Source: an uncultured Candidatus Saccharibacteria bacterium (lineage in GTDB: Bacteria; Patescibacteriota; Minisyncoccia; UBA6257; Colwellbacteraceae). From it: a DNA stretch of 64,000 bases. The notes below the pieces were generated by a model that did no database searches, was not told the origin of the DNA, and saw only the letters and a list, made by a program, of their open reading frames with translations. The stretch lies in NCBI GenBank assembly GCA_964643135.1, contig CAZXPC010000001.1, positions 103,726 through 167,725 of the forward strand. Direction: 5' to 3'. Positions within the stretch are counted from its first letter, which is position 1, and every line of letters starts with the position of its first letter. Both the position numbers and the translations under genes were made by a program. Shown piece after piece: positions 25,948-35,118 of the stretch.

Positions 25948-27501
25948 ATGATAGCTATGAACGCTCCGAAAAACTTTTGGATCATCCTCGCGGGAACTGC
26001 CGGTTTGGCCTTGATAGCCTTTTTAATTTATAAGGCTAACACGGTCTCGGTTACCCAGGCCGCCTATACGGTCGCGAACCAGGATGTCCGGGAAACAGTG
26101 CTTGCGACCGGCGCCGTTACTTCAGAATATGATTTAAACCTAAGCTTCAAAAATAGCGGCCGGCTCGACAAGATCAGCGCCGCGGTGGGAGAAAATGTTA
26201 AAGCCGGAGCCCGGCTCGCCATACTCGACGAGAGCGATGCGAACATAGCAGTGGCTAAAGCTACCGCCAGCTTGGCGAGCGCGGAAGCGAGCTATACCAA
26301 GCTTGCAGCCGGCTCTTCTGCGGAGGAAATCGCCGTTGCCCAGGCCGCAGTTTCGAGCGCCCAGGTGGCTCTGGACAACGCGAAAAAGAATTATGACATA
26401 GTCGTGAGCCAGCAAAATGTGGCAGTCAAAAATGCTTACTCGGCGCTTTTGAACTCGGGGCTCACGGTCATCCCCGCTGCTAACAATCATTCTACCGGCA
26501 CGGTCACCCTAAGCGGAACCTACACCGGCGCTCAATCAGGATCATACACCATAACCGTTTTTGCGTCCGGCATTAATGATATTAATTTTGAAATAAAGGG
26601 GCTGGAAGACGTTCCCGGCCGCGTCAATAGAGGAGCCTTGATCCCTTTCGGAACAAAAGGTCTCTCAATCACCTTCAGCAGCAGCGGAGTATTCAACTAC
26701 AACGATCAATGGACGGTGGCTATTCCCGATACTAGCGCCGCGAGCTATGTCTCAAATTATAACGCTTATCAAACTGCGCTTCAGAACCAAAACCAGGCCG
26801 TCGCCTCGGCATCGAATGCTATCTCGACCGCGCAAGCCGCCTTAAATGAGGCGCAGGCAAAGCTCAATCTCCAAAAGGCGCCTCCGCGAGCGGAAGATAT
26901 TGCGGCCGCGCAAGCCACAATCGCAACAGCTAAAGCGGCCCTGGATTCAGCTCAGAATGATTACAACAATAATATAATTTTTGCGCCGCTTTCAGGGACC
27001 ATCGGCAGCGTGGATGCCAAAATCGGAGAGAATGTCGCGGCGGGCCGAGCGATTATCACTCTTTTGAACAAGAGCCTGCTCCACGTTGAATCAAATATTT
27101 CTGAATCTTCAATCGCGAAGGTTGAAGTTGGCCAAGATGTCGACATGACCTTGGATGCGCTTTCCCCGGACCGGCATTTCAGCGGCAAAATAATTTCTAT
27201 CGACCCCGCCTCAACGGTTGTCTCGGGCGTTATAAACTATCGCGTTTTATCTTCGATCCCGGCCGACCCTAATATCCGGCCCGGCATGAGCGTCAACATG
27301 ATGATCGTGATTTCTGACAAGCCGAATGTTCTGGCTGTTCCCAACCGCCTCATCAGGAATATTAACGGCCAGAAAGTCGTGGACGTTTTGAAGAACGGCC
27401 AGGCGGTAGAAACCGAGATTACAATCGGAGCGACCGGCGACAGCTTTACCGAAGTCACTTCGGGTCTGCAAATCGGGGATCAGATAGTTTCATCTAAATA
27501 A
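25948..27501 (+). CDS. Efflux transporter periplasmic adaptor subunit (HlyD/MacA family)
   Basis: N-terminal TM anchor, long Ala/Gln-rich coiled-coil hairpins, C-terminal beta-barrel domain. Directly upstream of a MacB-type ATPase and FtsX-like permease. Confidence 0.75.
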   Translation: MIAMNAPKNFWIILAGTAGLALIAFLIYKANTVSVTQAAYTVANQDVRETVLATGAVTSEYDLNLSFKNSGRLDKISAAVGENVKAGARLAILDESDANIAVAKATASLASAEASYTKLAAGSSAEEIAVAQAAVSSAQVALDNAKKNYDIVVSQQNVAVKNAYSALLNSGLTVIPAANNHSTGTVTLSGTYTGAQSGSYTITVFASGINDINFEIKGLEDVPGRVNRGALIPFGTKGLSITFSSSGVFNYNDQWTVAIPDTSAASYVSNYNAYQTALQNQNQAVASASNAISTAQAALNEAQAKLNLQKAPPRAEDIAAAQATIATAKAALDSAQNDYNNNIIFAPLSGTIGSVDAKIGENVAAGRAIITLLNKSLLHVESNISESSIAKVEVGQDVDMTLDALSPDRHFSGKIISIDPASTVVSGVINYRVLSSIPADPNIRPGMSVNMMIVISDKPNVLAVPNRLIRNINGQKVVDVLKNGQAVETEITIGATGDSFTEVTSGLQIGDQIVSSK

Positions 27502-27509
27502 GAAAAAAG

Positions 27510-28214
27510 GTGATGCCTTTAATCAAGATGGAAAATATCCGGAAAACCTACGGGTCCGGAAAAGACAACGCCGTGTTGGCAATCAAAAACCTGTCAGTCG
27601 AAATCGAGTCGGGCGAATTTGTCGCGATCATGGGCGCCTCCGGCTCGGGAAAATCCACGATTATGCATATCATGGGGTTTTTGGACCGGCCGACCGGCGG
27701 GAAATATATTTTTGAAGGCCAAGATGTGACCTCGCTGGACGATGACCGGCTTTCCGAGATCAGAAACACAAAAGTGGGCTTTGTTTTCCAATCCTTTAAT
27801 CTGCTGGCTCGGACCTCGGCCTTGGATAATGTGGCCCTGCCCATGCTTTATGCGCATCAATTTAACCAAGCCCAAATGGCCGAGAAAGCTAAAAAAATGC
27901 TCGATCAGGTCGGCCTTTCGGAAAGAACCGGCCATATGCCTTCGGAACTTTCAGGCGGGCAGCAGCAGCGCGTGGCAATCGCCCGAGCATTAATTAATAA
28001 ACCGGCCGTAATTTTCGCCGACGAACCGACCGGCAACTTGGATACCAAGTCTTCGGAAGAAATCATGGAGATTTTTAAAACCCTCAATGAAGACGGCCAC
28101 ACAATCGTCTTTGTCACTCACGAAGAAAGCGTGGCCAAATACGCCAAACGAGTTATTAAAATCAAGGACGGAGAAATCATTAGCGACGAAAAGCGTCATC
28201 ATAAAAAAGCCTAA
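27510..28214 (+). CDS. MacB/LolD-type ABC transporter ATP-binding protein
   Basis: GASGSGKST Walker A, LSGGQQQRVAIARAL signature, IFADEPTGNLD Walker B. Confidence 0.85.
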   Translation: MMPLIKMENIRKTYGSGKDNAVLAIKNLSVEIESGEFVAIMGASGSGKSTIMHIMGFLDRPTGGKYIFEGQDVTSLDDDRLSEIRNTKVGFVFQSFNLLARTSALDNVALPMLYAHQFNQAQMAEKAKKMLDQVGLSERTGHMPSELSGGQQQRVAIARALINKPAVIFADEPTGNLDTKSSEEIMEIFKTLNEDGHTIVFVTHEESVAKYAKRVIKIKDGEIISDEKRHHKKA

Positions 28215-28215
28215 A

Positions 28216-29448
28216 ATGTTCATTCAATCTGTCAAAATAGCCCTCAACGCTCTTCTCCTTAATAAGACACGGTCGTTCTTAACCATGCTCGGGATCGTGA
28301 TCGGTATTACGGCGGTAATTATTTTGAGTTCGGCCGGGGCGGGCGCTCAGTCTTTGATACTCGGCGCCGTGAAAGGCATCGGTTCCAATTTAATCTTTGT
28401 CGTCCCCGGCGGCACCGGCAATAACAAATTTGCCCCGCCGGCCTCGTCTCAGGGAGCGGTTATCACCACGCTTGTTGATGCTGATGTCAGATCTCTCCGG
28501 AATAAAGCGCTCGCGCCCGACTTGGCCTACGTGAGCCCTGAAGCGCGCGGACAATTTACCGTGGCCCGCGGCAGTGATAACGAGCTGGCGCTGGTTTCCG
28601 GCGAAGACGAAAATTATTTTACGGTAAGAGACATCACTCTCTCCGAGGGCGACTGGTTCACTAAAAATGACGTCGACGGACTAACCCAGGTCGCCATCTT
28701 GGGGTCAAAGATCAAAGACAATCTTTTCGGCGAAGAAGATCCAATCAATAAAATCATCAAAATCCATGAAATCAGCTTCCGAGTTATCGGCGTGATGGCG
28801 CCCAAGGGCATCGGCCCTTTTGGCGTTGATCAAGATAGCCAGGTGATTGTTCCGGTCTCGACCGCGCAGAAAATACTCTTGGGCATCAATTATTATAATC
28901 TGATCCAAATCGAGGCGGTCAGCGCCGACGCTATTCCGGCCGCCGAAGATGAGATCACCGCTATTCTAATGAATAACCATAGGATTAACGATCCGGCCAA
29001 AAACGACTTCACCGTCCGTAACACCGGCGATGCTTTGAATTTACTCACGACCATTACTGGCACTTTGACGCTCTTTTTGGCTGCGGTCGCCGGCATTTCG
29101 CTCCTCGTGGGCGGAATCGGCATTATGAACATAATGCTCGTTGCGGTAACCGAACGCACGCGAGAGATCGGCCTCCGGAAAGCTATCGGCGCGAAACGCA
29201 AAGATATTCTCCTTCAGTTCATAATCGAGGCCCTGGTCTTAACTATCTTGGGGGGCCTCTTCGGCATAGTTTTCGGAATTATCGGTTCTTACATTATTGC
29301 GCAGTTCGGCGGCTGGAGCTCAGCTGTTTCGATAAACTCGATCATTCTAGCCTTCGGCGTTTCCGCTCTTTTCGGCATAGTTTTCGGCATTTATCCGGCT
29401 AATAAAGCCTCTAAGCTCGATCCGATCGATGCCTTGCGTTATGAGTAG
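28216..29448 (+). CDS. MacB-type ABC permease (MacB periplasmic core domain + FtsX 4-TM)
   Basis: Start at MFIQSVKIAL, immediately after the ATPase stop. N-terminal TM, large periplasmic domain, C-terminal FtsX-like helices (TERTREIGLRKAIGAKRKDIL). Confidence 0.8.
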   Translation: MFIQSVKIALNALLLNKTRSFLTMLGIVIGITAVIILSSAGAGAQSLILGAVKGIGSNLIFVVPGGTGNNKFAPPASSQGAVITTLVDADVRSLRNKALAPDLAYVSPEARGQFTVARGSDNELALVSGEDENYFTVRDITLSEGDWFTKNDVDGLTQVAILGSKIKDNLFGEEDPINKIIKIHEISFRVIGVMAPKGIGPFGVDQDSQVIVPVSTAQKILLGINYYNLIQIEAVSADAIPAAEDEITAILMNNHRINDPAKNDFTVRNTGDALNLLTTITGTLTLFLAAVAGISLLVGGIGIMNIMLVAVTERTREIGLRKAIGAKRKDILLQFIIEALVLTILGGLFGIVFGIIGSYIIAQFGGWSSAVSINSIILAFGVSALFGIVFGIYPANKASKLDPIDALRYE

Positions 29449-30186
29449 CTATATCTCAATTCGCGAGAATAGATAGCTGCCTAAAGCTAGGAAAATGGCG
29501 GTGAGTCCCCCTAGAACCAAAAAGTCGGTCCAGATATTAAACTGCGCGATACCGGTGAAGGCAAACCGCAAGCCATCCACTCCGTAGCTTAGCGGGTCAA
29601 ATTTAGCGACAGCTGCAATGGCCCCCTCGCCGATCGGGAAGAGCGCACCCGACAAAAAGAAAAGCGGCATAATCAGAAAATTCATAATAAGAGGAAATGA
29701 CTCCATGTCATCGAGCTTGGAAGCGATGGCCGTGCCTATAGCGGTAAAAATCAGGGCCATGAGCGCCATAAAAATGATTCCCAAAGGCCACGATGATAAT
29801 TCCGGCCTGAAACCTATAAACCAGGCGATCACAAATATGACCAGCCCCTGGAAAAGAGCCGTCGTGGCTCCGCCCAAGGTTCGGCCGAGCATTATTTCAA
29901 AACGGGAAACCGGCGCAACCAGCGTCTCTTTTAGAAACCCGAATTGTTTATCCCAAATTATGCCGAGGCCCGACATAAGCGCGGTCGTCATGATGCTCAT
30001 AGCCATGATCCCGGGCGCCAGAAATTCAATATAACTGCCTCCTTCGGCTTTGGCGTAAATTGACCCGAATCCATATCCAAAAGCAACTAGATACAGCAAA
30101 GGCTGGCCGATCGCGCTTAAAATTCTGGGTTTAGACCGAAAATATCTTTTTATCTGACGCAGCCAAAGGATATAAATAATTTCCAT
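29449..30186 (-). CDS. ABC-2 type transporter permease
   Basis: 6 TM helices. Start set at MEIIYILWLRQIKRYFRSKPR, typical of ABC-2 permeases. Directly downstream of the ATPase gene. Confidence 0.7.
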   Translation of the reverse strand: MEIIYILWLRQIKRYFRSKPRILSAIGQPLLYLVAFGYGFGSIYAKAEGGSYIEFLAPGIMAMSIMTTALMSGLGIIWDKQFGFLKETLVAPVSRFEIMLGRTLGGATTALFQGLVIFVIAWFIGFRPELSSWPLGIIFMALMALIFTAIGTAIASKLDDMESFPLIMNFLIMPLFFLSGALFPIGEGAIAAVAKFDPLSYGVDGLRFAFTGIAQFNIWTDFLVLGGLTAIFLALGSYLFSRIEI

Positions 30187-30188
30187 GG

Positions 30189-30998
30189 TTATTTTCTTGT
30201 TCCTCCTCCCCACATCTGCCGCTGTTTTCGGAGGGCATCCAGCGAACTAGCGCCTTCTTCGCGGATAGTCCGGCCGGTTAATTTAATAAAAGCGTCTTCA
30301 AGAGTTGCCGCGCCGGCGGAAGCCTTGATCTCAGCCACCGTCCCCTGCTTCACAACTTGACCATGATCGATCACCGCCACTTTTGACGCTGCCTTTTCCG
30401 CCTCTTGCATATAGTGAGTCGTAAAGAAAACCGTTATGCCTTCTTTTTTGTTCAAGCCCTCAATATAAGTCCAGATATGGTTGCGTGTTTGCGGGTCGAG
30501 GCCGAGCGTCGGCTCATCCATGAATAATATTTTGGGGTGGTGCAAAAGCCCGCGCGCAATTTCGAGCCGCCGCTTCATGCCGCCCGAGAAAGTCTTAACC
30601 AAATTATCGCGGCGATCCCAGAGCTCGACGAACGTCATCAGCTCTTCGATTCTCTTCTGGCGTAAGTCTCGGTCTAACCCATAAAGCACGCCGTGAAAAT
30701 CCATGTTTTCATAAGCAGTTAATTCGTCGTCGAGGCTTGGATCCTGAAAAATTATGCCAAAAGATTTTCTAACGGCATCGCGAGCCCGGCTAACGTCATG
30801 GCCATTAACTTGAATGCCGCCGCCGGTGGGCGTAAGCAAAGTCGTGAGCATTTTGATCGTGGTGGTCTTACCCGCTCCATTCGGACCCAGAAAAGCAAAA
30901 ATATCGCCTTTTTCGACGTCAAAAGAGACGTTATCCACGGCCTTGATTTGACCGAAGGTTTTAACCAAGTTTCTAACCTCAATAATCTTTTCCGCCAT
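30189..30998 (-). CDS. ABC transporter ATP-binding protein (ABC-2/DrrA-like)
   Basis: GPNGAGKTT, FSGGMKRRLEIARGL, LFMDEPTLGLD. Confidence 0.85.
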   Translation of the reverse strand: MAEKIIEVRNLVKTFGQIKAVDNVSFDVEKGDIFAFLGPNGAGKTTTIKMLTTLLTPTGGGIQVNGHDVSRARDAVRKSFGIIFQDPSLDDELTAYENMDFHGVLYGLDRDLRQKRIEELMTFVELWDRRDNLVKTFSGGMKRRLEIARGLLHHPKILFMDEPTLGLDPQTRNHIWTYIEGLNKKEGITVFFTTHYMQEAEKAASKVAVIDHGQVVKQGTVAEIKASAGAATLEDAFIKLTGRTIREEGASSLDALRKQRQMWGGGTRK

Positions 30999-31010
30999 CC
31001 AGATTTTAAA

Positions 31011-31550
31011 TTATGCGAATTTCTTGTGGTAAGCGGCCATAGCTTCTTTGATTAGCGCATGTGCTTTTTCAGGGCCATGAAAATCCCCGACTTTGACGCT
31101 GTCGCGGCCGGTTTGCGGAATCTTATAGGTTTCAAAAAATGATTTTAAGTCTTTCATCTCGTAGGGCGTTAGGTCGGTAACAGTTTTAACATGGTCATAG
31201 CGCGGATCTTTCTTATTGACACAGATGATTTTGTTGTCGGTCTCGCCGTTATCGATCATCTCCATCACGCCGACGACGCGGCCGTGGACTAGAGTGCCCG
31301 GCAAAATTGGACCAGTCGAGAAAACAACGGCATCTAAGGGGTCGTTGTCCCCTTCGTTCCAAGTATTGGGCACATCGCAGTAATTAACCGGATAATGCAT
31401 CGGGCCATACAAAACGCGGTCGAGCTCTAAGATGCCGAGCTCCTTATTGTATTCATATTTATTAAAGTCTCCTTTTGAGATCTCAACGATCAAGTTTAAT
31501 TCATCCGGCGCCTTGTCCTGCTTAATGGTGTGGAAATGTGATTTCTCCAT
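31011..31550 (-). CDS. ppa: Inorganic pyrophosphatase, family I
   Basis: 179 aa. DNDPLDAVV and family I PPase Asp cluster. Size and motifs typical. Confidence 0.85.
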   Translation of the reverse strand: MEKSHFHTIKQDKAPDELNLIVEISKGDFNKYEYNKELGILELDRVLYGPMHYPVNYCDVPNTWNEGDNDPLDAVVFSTGPILPGTLVHGRVVGVMEMIDNGETDNKIICVNKKDPRYDHVKTVTDLTPYEMKDLKSFFETYKIPQTGRDSVKVGDFHGPEKAHALIKEAMAAYHKKFA

Positions 31551-31593
31551 TGGTTTATAAATTTAATTTGTTCTGAAAGTATAGTATTTCTAT

Positions 31594-31635
31594 GATTTAA
31601 AATCAAAACAGCCGAGCCATGTGCGCCCGACTGTT
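31594..31635 (-). terminator. Rho-independent terminator after the anti-sigma-like gene (minus strand)
   Basis: 11-bp stem AACAGUCGGGC / GCUCGGCUGUU with loop GCACAUG, followed by UUUUGAUUUUAAAU on the minus strand. Confidence 0.55.
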
Positions 31636-31658
31636 AAAATGCTTTAACCCCCTCTCTA

Positions 31659-32534
31659 CTATTTTATACTACCGTCTATCTTCAGAGCCGCGCTGCCGGT
31701 AAGAGGTACGCCGTCGGATGAAACAGCGGCATCCGCGCCAACCTGTTCTTCGGCGGCTGCGGGGGCCAGTTCGGCTCCCCTTAGGACTTCGAGCTGGTTG
31801 ATGAGAGTGCCCGAAACAATAACTTCAGTTGCCGGAGCCTGTTCTGCCCCAATCACAGCCTTAGCTGAAATCGCATCATCACTATTAATAGTAGTTGTCA
31901 CCGGAAGAGTATCAGATGTCGTAGGAGCCGGTGAAGCGGCGCGGGCCGTCAAGATCCCCTTAAGAACTTTGGCGTGAGCTTTGATAGCGGCCTCAAAATT
32001 TGAACTGACCGCTACAGCCGCAGCAGCATGATTGCTCGCTTTGATCGCTTCGACAGTTTTTACCGCCTCGCTGGACTGAACTTCAAAATTCGCTTTTACT
32101 TCGGCTTCGGTTCTGGCATCCAGCCGGCCGGCGGCGGCCAATTGCTCCGCTTCTTCCAGCCTCCTCGTCGCAAATTCTGTCTGAGCCTTTGCCTTAGCTT
32201 CAGTGCTAAGAGACAATGCCACCCGGGCTCCCTCAGTCACGTTCTTAATTGGATATAAAATATCTCCCGGCAACGAACTTTCGGCGGCAAAAGCAGCAGC
32301 TCCCCCTCCTCCCAACAACAGCATCACGGCTAAAAATATTGGCATAAATTTTAGTTTAATTAATAATTGTTTCTTGCCTGTCTGCCGGGCCAAATCAGCA
32401 TTTCTTACAGGTCCGTTTTTAATAAAATACACAATATTCTCTCGGATCAAAGATTTTTTTGATTCTGAAAGCCGGACGCTTTGGGCTTCCCGAATCATCT
32501 CTTCAAAGATCTTATGATTGTTGTTATTTGTCAT
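31659..32534 (-). CDS. Putative anti-sigma factor (single-pass membrane protein, DUF5667-like)
   Basis: Short cytoplasmic N-terminus, one TM (FMPIFLAVMLLLGGGGAAAFAA), Ala-rich extracytoplasmic region. Overlaps the ECF sigma gene by 11 nt. Confidence 0.5.
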   Translation of the reverse strand: MTNNNNHKIFEEMIREAQSVRLSESKKSLIRENIVYFIKNGPVRNADLARQTGKKQLLIKLKFMPIFLAVMLLLGGGGAAAFAAESSLPGDILYPIKNVTEGARVALSLSTEAKAKAQTEFATRRLEEAEQLAAAGRLDARTEAEVKANFEVQSSEAVKTVEAIKASNHAAAAVAVSSNFEAAIKAHAKVLKGILTARAASPAPTTSDTLPVTTTINSDDAISAKAVIGAEQAPATEVIVSGTLINQLEVLRGAELAPAAAEEQVGADAAVSSDGVPLTGSAALKIDGSIK

Positions 32535-33051
32535 TGGCTTTTGTATTTAATAGCTCTCTCATTTGCTTCAAGGCCCGGTTCAACCTAACCGAAACATTGT
32601 TCTCGCTCTCTCCGATCATTTGGCTTATCTCCTGGGGCGAGAATTCATTAATGTATCTCATGACGATCACTTCCCGATATTTATGATCCAGACCGTCTAG
32701 CAGTTTCAGCATATCTTTAGCTTCGATGCCGGTTTCGATAACCGACGCGCTATCCCGGCCTCCCTCCGAAGAACTTAAGTCAAAGCCCTGATCTCTCAAT
32801 TCATCCAGCGATAGAGCCTTCTTGCGCCGATATTCATCAATAATCATATCGTTGGCAATCTTGTAGAGAAGCGCTCTCAGATTTTTCACTTCGTTGCCCT
32901 TCTCGAGATATTCCCAGGCCTTGATAAATATATTTTGGACCATATCTTCAGCCGTAGACCGATCTGAGATACGGAAATAACAATGCCTGAAAAGAGCATC
33001 CGAAAAATCCTCGTAGGTTGTCAAAAAATCCTGTTCGTTAATGGTTTTCAT
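32524..33051 (-). CDS. ECF-subfamily RNA polymerase sigma-70 factor
   Basis: Region 2 (DMVQNIFIKAWEYL) and region 4 HTH (VIVMRYINEFSPQEISQMIGESENNVSVRLNRALKQMRE). Confidence 0.85.
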   Translation of the reverse strand: MKTINEQDFLTTYEDFSDALFRHCYFRISDRSTAEDMVQNIFIKAWEYLEKGNEVKNLRALLYKIANDMIIDEYRRKKALSLDELRDQGFDLSSSEGGRDSASVIETGIEAKDMLKLLDGLDHKYREVIVMRYINEFSPQEISQMIGESENNVSVRLNRALKQMRELLNTKANDK

Positions 33052-33086
33052 ATGTGAGCCGTGAGTATTAGGCGAATCTTACAGAG

Positions 33087-34001
33087 CTAGACCGCCAATC
33101 GAAATAAGGTGGCCAACCGGCCCTTCGCCCGGCAGATTATATTACAATAACCGCCGTTTTTACCGCAACAATCTACACAAGCAATAAAGTGTCTGTGGCA
33201 ATTATCGTACCGGCAATTGATGTAATTTTCGGATTTAGATCCGCAGAGCTCGCAAGCGGCGACAATTTCGTGCTTCACATCCTCGGTATTAAAGCCGACT
33301 AGGATCCGGTTATCAAAAACATAGAGCTTACCTTTAAAGTCTTCATTCGGATATTGTTCCATGTAAGTATGTATGCCGCCTTCTAATTGGTAAACATTTT
33401 TAAAACCATTTTCGATTAAGAGTCCCGAAGCTTTTTCGCAGCGCACACCGCCAGTGCAGACCGGCACAACTTCCTTATCTTTCAAATGCGAGATTTTGGG
33501 CAAAAACTTGGGTAAATCGCGAAAGTTATCTACTCCGGAAAGAATTGAGCCTTCAAAATAGCCGCTCTTGGTTTCGTAATTATTGCGCATGTCGACGATG
33601 TAGAATTCGCGGCCCGATTTGATCCAAGCTTTCAGATCTTCGGGCTTCAAATATTTTCCCGTTACCCGCTTCTCTGGGTCGCTAAGCGCGCCGAAACCGC
33701 TCGTTACGATTTCATCTCTAACCTTAACTATTAACTTCGGAAACGACTTGCCTCCTCCCTCACTTCGCTTAAACACAATGTCGCTAAATTCCGGCAGTGC
33801 TCGCAAGGCTTCGCAGTACTTCTGAACATCCTCTTTTCGACCTTCCAGCGTGCCATTGATACCCTCTTTAGCAATCAAAATCCGGCCCTTAAGGCCAAGA
33901 GACATGCATAATTCACGCTGAGCCTTACAGAGCTCGGCGGGATCGTTAATAGCCACATATTTGTAATACAAAATCACCTCGAATTGCTGCTCCATAGCCA
34001 T
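33087..34001 (-). CDS. trhO: Rhodanese-domain tRNA U34 hydroxylase TrhO (YceA/UPF0176 family)
   Basis: N-terminal acylphosphatase-like region, rhodanese domain with active Cys loop (CTGGVRCE), C-terminal Cys cluster (CELCG...CRYDNCHRHFIACVDCC). Confidence 0.75.
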   Translation of the reverse strand: MAMEQQFEVILYYKYVAINDPAELCKAQRELCMSLGLKGRILIAKEGINGTLEGRKEDVQKYCEALRALPEFSDIVFKRSEGGGKSFPKLIVKVRDEIVTSGFGALSDPEKRVTGKYLKPEDLKAWIKSGREFYIVDMRNNYETKSGYFEGSILSGVDNFRDLPKFLPKISHLKDKEVVPVCTGGVRCEKASGLLIENGFKNVYQLEGGIHTYMEQYPNEDFKGKLYVFDNRILVGFNTEDVKHEIVAACELCGSKSENYINCRYDNCHRHFIACVDCCGKNGGYCNIICRAKGRLATLFRLAV

Positions 34002-34650
34002 GAATATTAGCAGAATCAGCCGGCTTGTCGACTGTTTGACGCTATTGTGCCTTGGTGGTATAACTCATATCGGAGTTGTACAGTTCATGGATGGGAACGC
34101 AACCAACAAGGCAGTCAGAGTATTCAGGCCAGTCTCCAAGAACCGCGTGATCGGCATCTACTTCCAACTCTTTTTCATGTGGATGAAGATGCCCCGCATG
34201 AAGCGAGCCCACTCGAAGCGCGGCAATCCGATCCCTCACGACGCCTTGATCTTTCACAAGGCGATCTGGGACACGTTCAAGATCTGCGGCATGAACATCT
34301 ACTTCGGGCCGTTTGCCACGACGAATCGCCGGACCGCATGGTTCCACTTCGTTACGACAGACGGTGACGAGATCATCATAGACATGATGCCTCTCGCCAT
34401 GCCGAGTGGATCGTTCATGTCATGTCCGATCCTCGTGATGAAGAGCCAAGATCCGGACTGGTTCAACCGGTACAAGCCGGGCGAGATGACGCCGCAGGAA
34501 GAGTATGTGATGTTCAGCCCCTCATATCTTCTGGAGACGCGAGCGATCAACAACGAAATGATCCGAGCTCTCCCCAATGAAGAAGAGTGGGAAGCCGTCC
34601 AGCAAGAATACTCCTGGCTTGTGACGCAGCCGAGCTACGCCTCGGCCTGA
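34000..34650 (+). CDS. Hypothetical protein encoded in a high-GC3 foreign-composition island
   Basis: 216-aa ORF with strong GC3 bias (atc ggc atc tac ttc caa ctc ...). All six frames are open here because of GC richness. No recognisable domain. Own terminator downstream. True start may be internal (MDGNATNK or MWMKMPR). Confidence 0.45.
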   Translation: MNISRISRLVDCLTLLCLGGITHIGVVQFMDGNATNKAVRVFRPVSKNRVIGIYFQLFFMWMKMPRMKRAHSKRGNPIPHDALIFHKAIWDTFKICGMNIYFGPFATTNRRTAWFHFVTTDGDEIIIDMMPLAMPSGSFMSCPILVMKSQDPDWFNRYKPGEMTPQEEYVMFSPSYLLETRAINNEMIRALPNEEEWEAVQQEYSWLVTQPSYASA

Positions 34651-34664
34651 AGCACACCGCAGTC

Positions 34665-34693
34665 GCACCTCCCGGCAAGAGGTGCTATTTTTT
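34665..34693 (+). terminator. Rho-independent terminator of the foreign-composition gene
   Basis: GCACCTC-ccggcaa-GAGGTGC followed by TATTTTTT. Confidence 0.7.
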
Positions 34694-34695
34694 AC

Positions 34696-35118
34696 CTAAA
34701 AATTCTCGTCTAGGGCCTGGTTAACCAGCGCATCAGCGGCCGAATTTTCTTCGCGGGGAATGTGATTGAACTTAATATTTTTGAAATTATTTTTAAGAAC
34801 CTCAACTTCTTTGAAAAGCATTTTCAAATTGGCGTCTTTCACTTTGTACTGCCCAATAATTTGCCGGTGCATTAACTCGCTGTCGGTTCGGACCTCGATC
34901 GCATCGCTTGGCTTGGCTAACTGCTTTAGCTCGGTCAAGGCCAAGATCATAGCTTGATACTCAGCTGTGTTGTTAGTCCCCTCGCCCAGATATTTCTTAA
35001 ATTTCTTTTGCCATGAGATCTTGCCGCTCTCATGATTTTCGATTACAACCCCGCTGGCCGACGGCCCCGGGTTACCGCGCGAACCGCCATCAGTATATAC
35101 TATGATCTTACTTTCCAT
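34696..35118 (-). CDS. rnhA: Ribonuclease HI
   Basis: IVYTDGGSRGNPGPSASG (DEDD catalytic Asp region), TNNTAEYQAMILAL, HIPREENSAADALVNQA. Confidence 0.85.
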   Translation of the reverse strand: MESKIIVYTDGGSRGNPGPSASGVVIENHESGKISWQKKFKKYLGEGTNNTAEYQAMILALTELKQLAKPSDAIEVRTDSELMHRQIIGQYKVKDANLKMLFKEVEVLKNNFKNIKFNHIPREENSAADALVNQALDENF

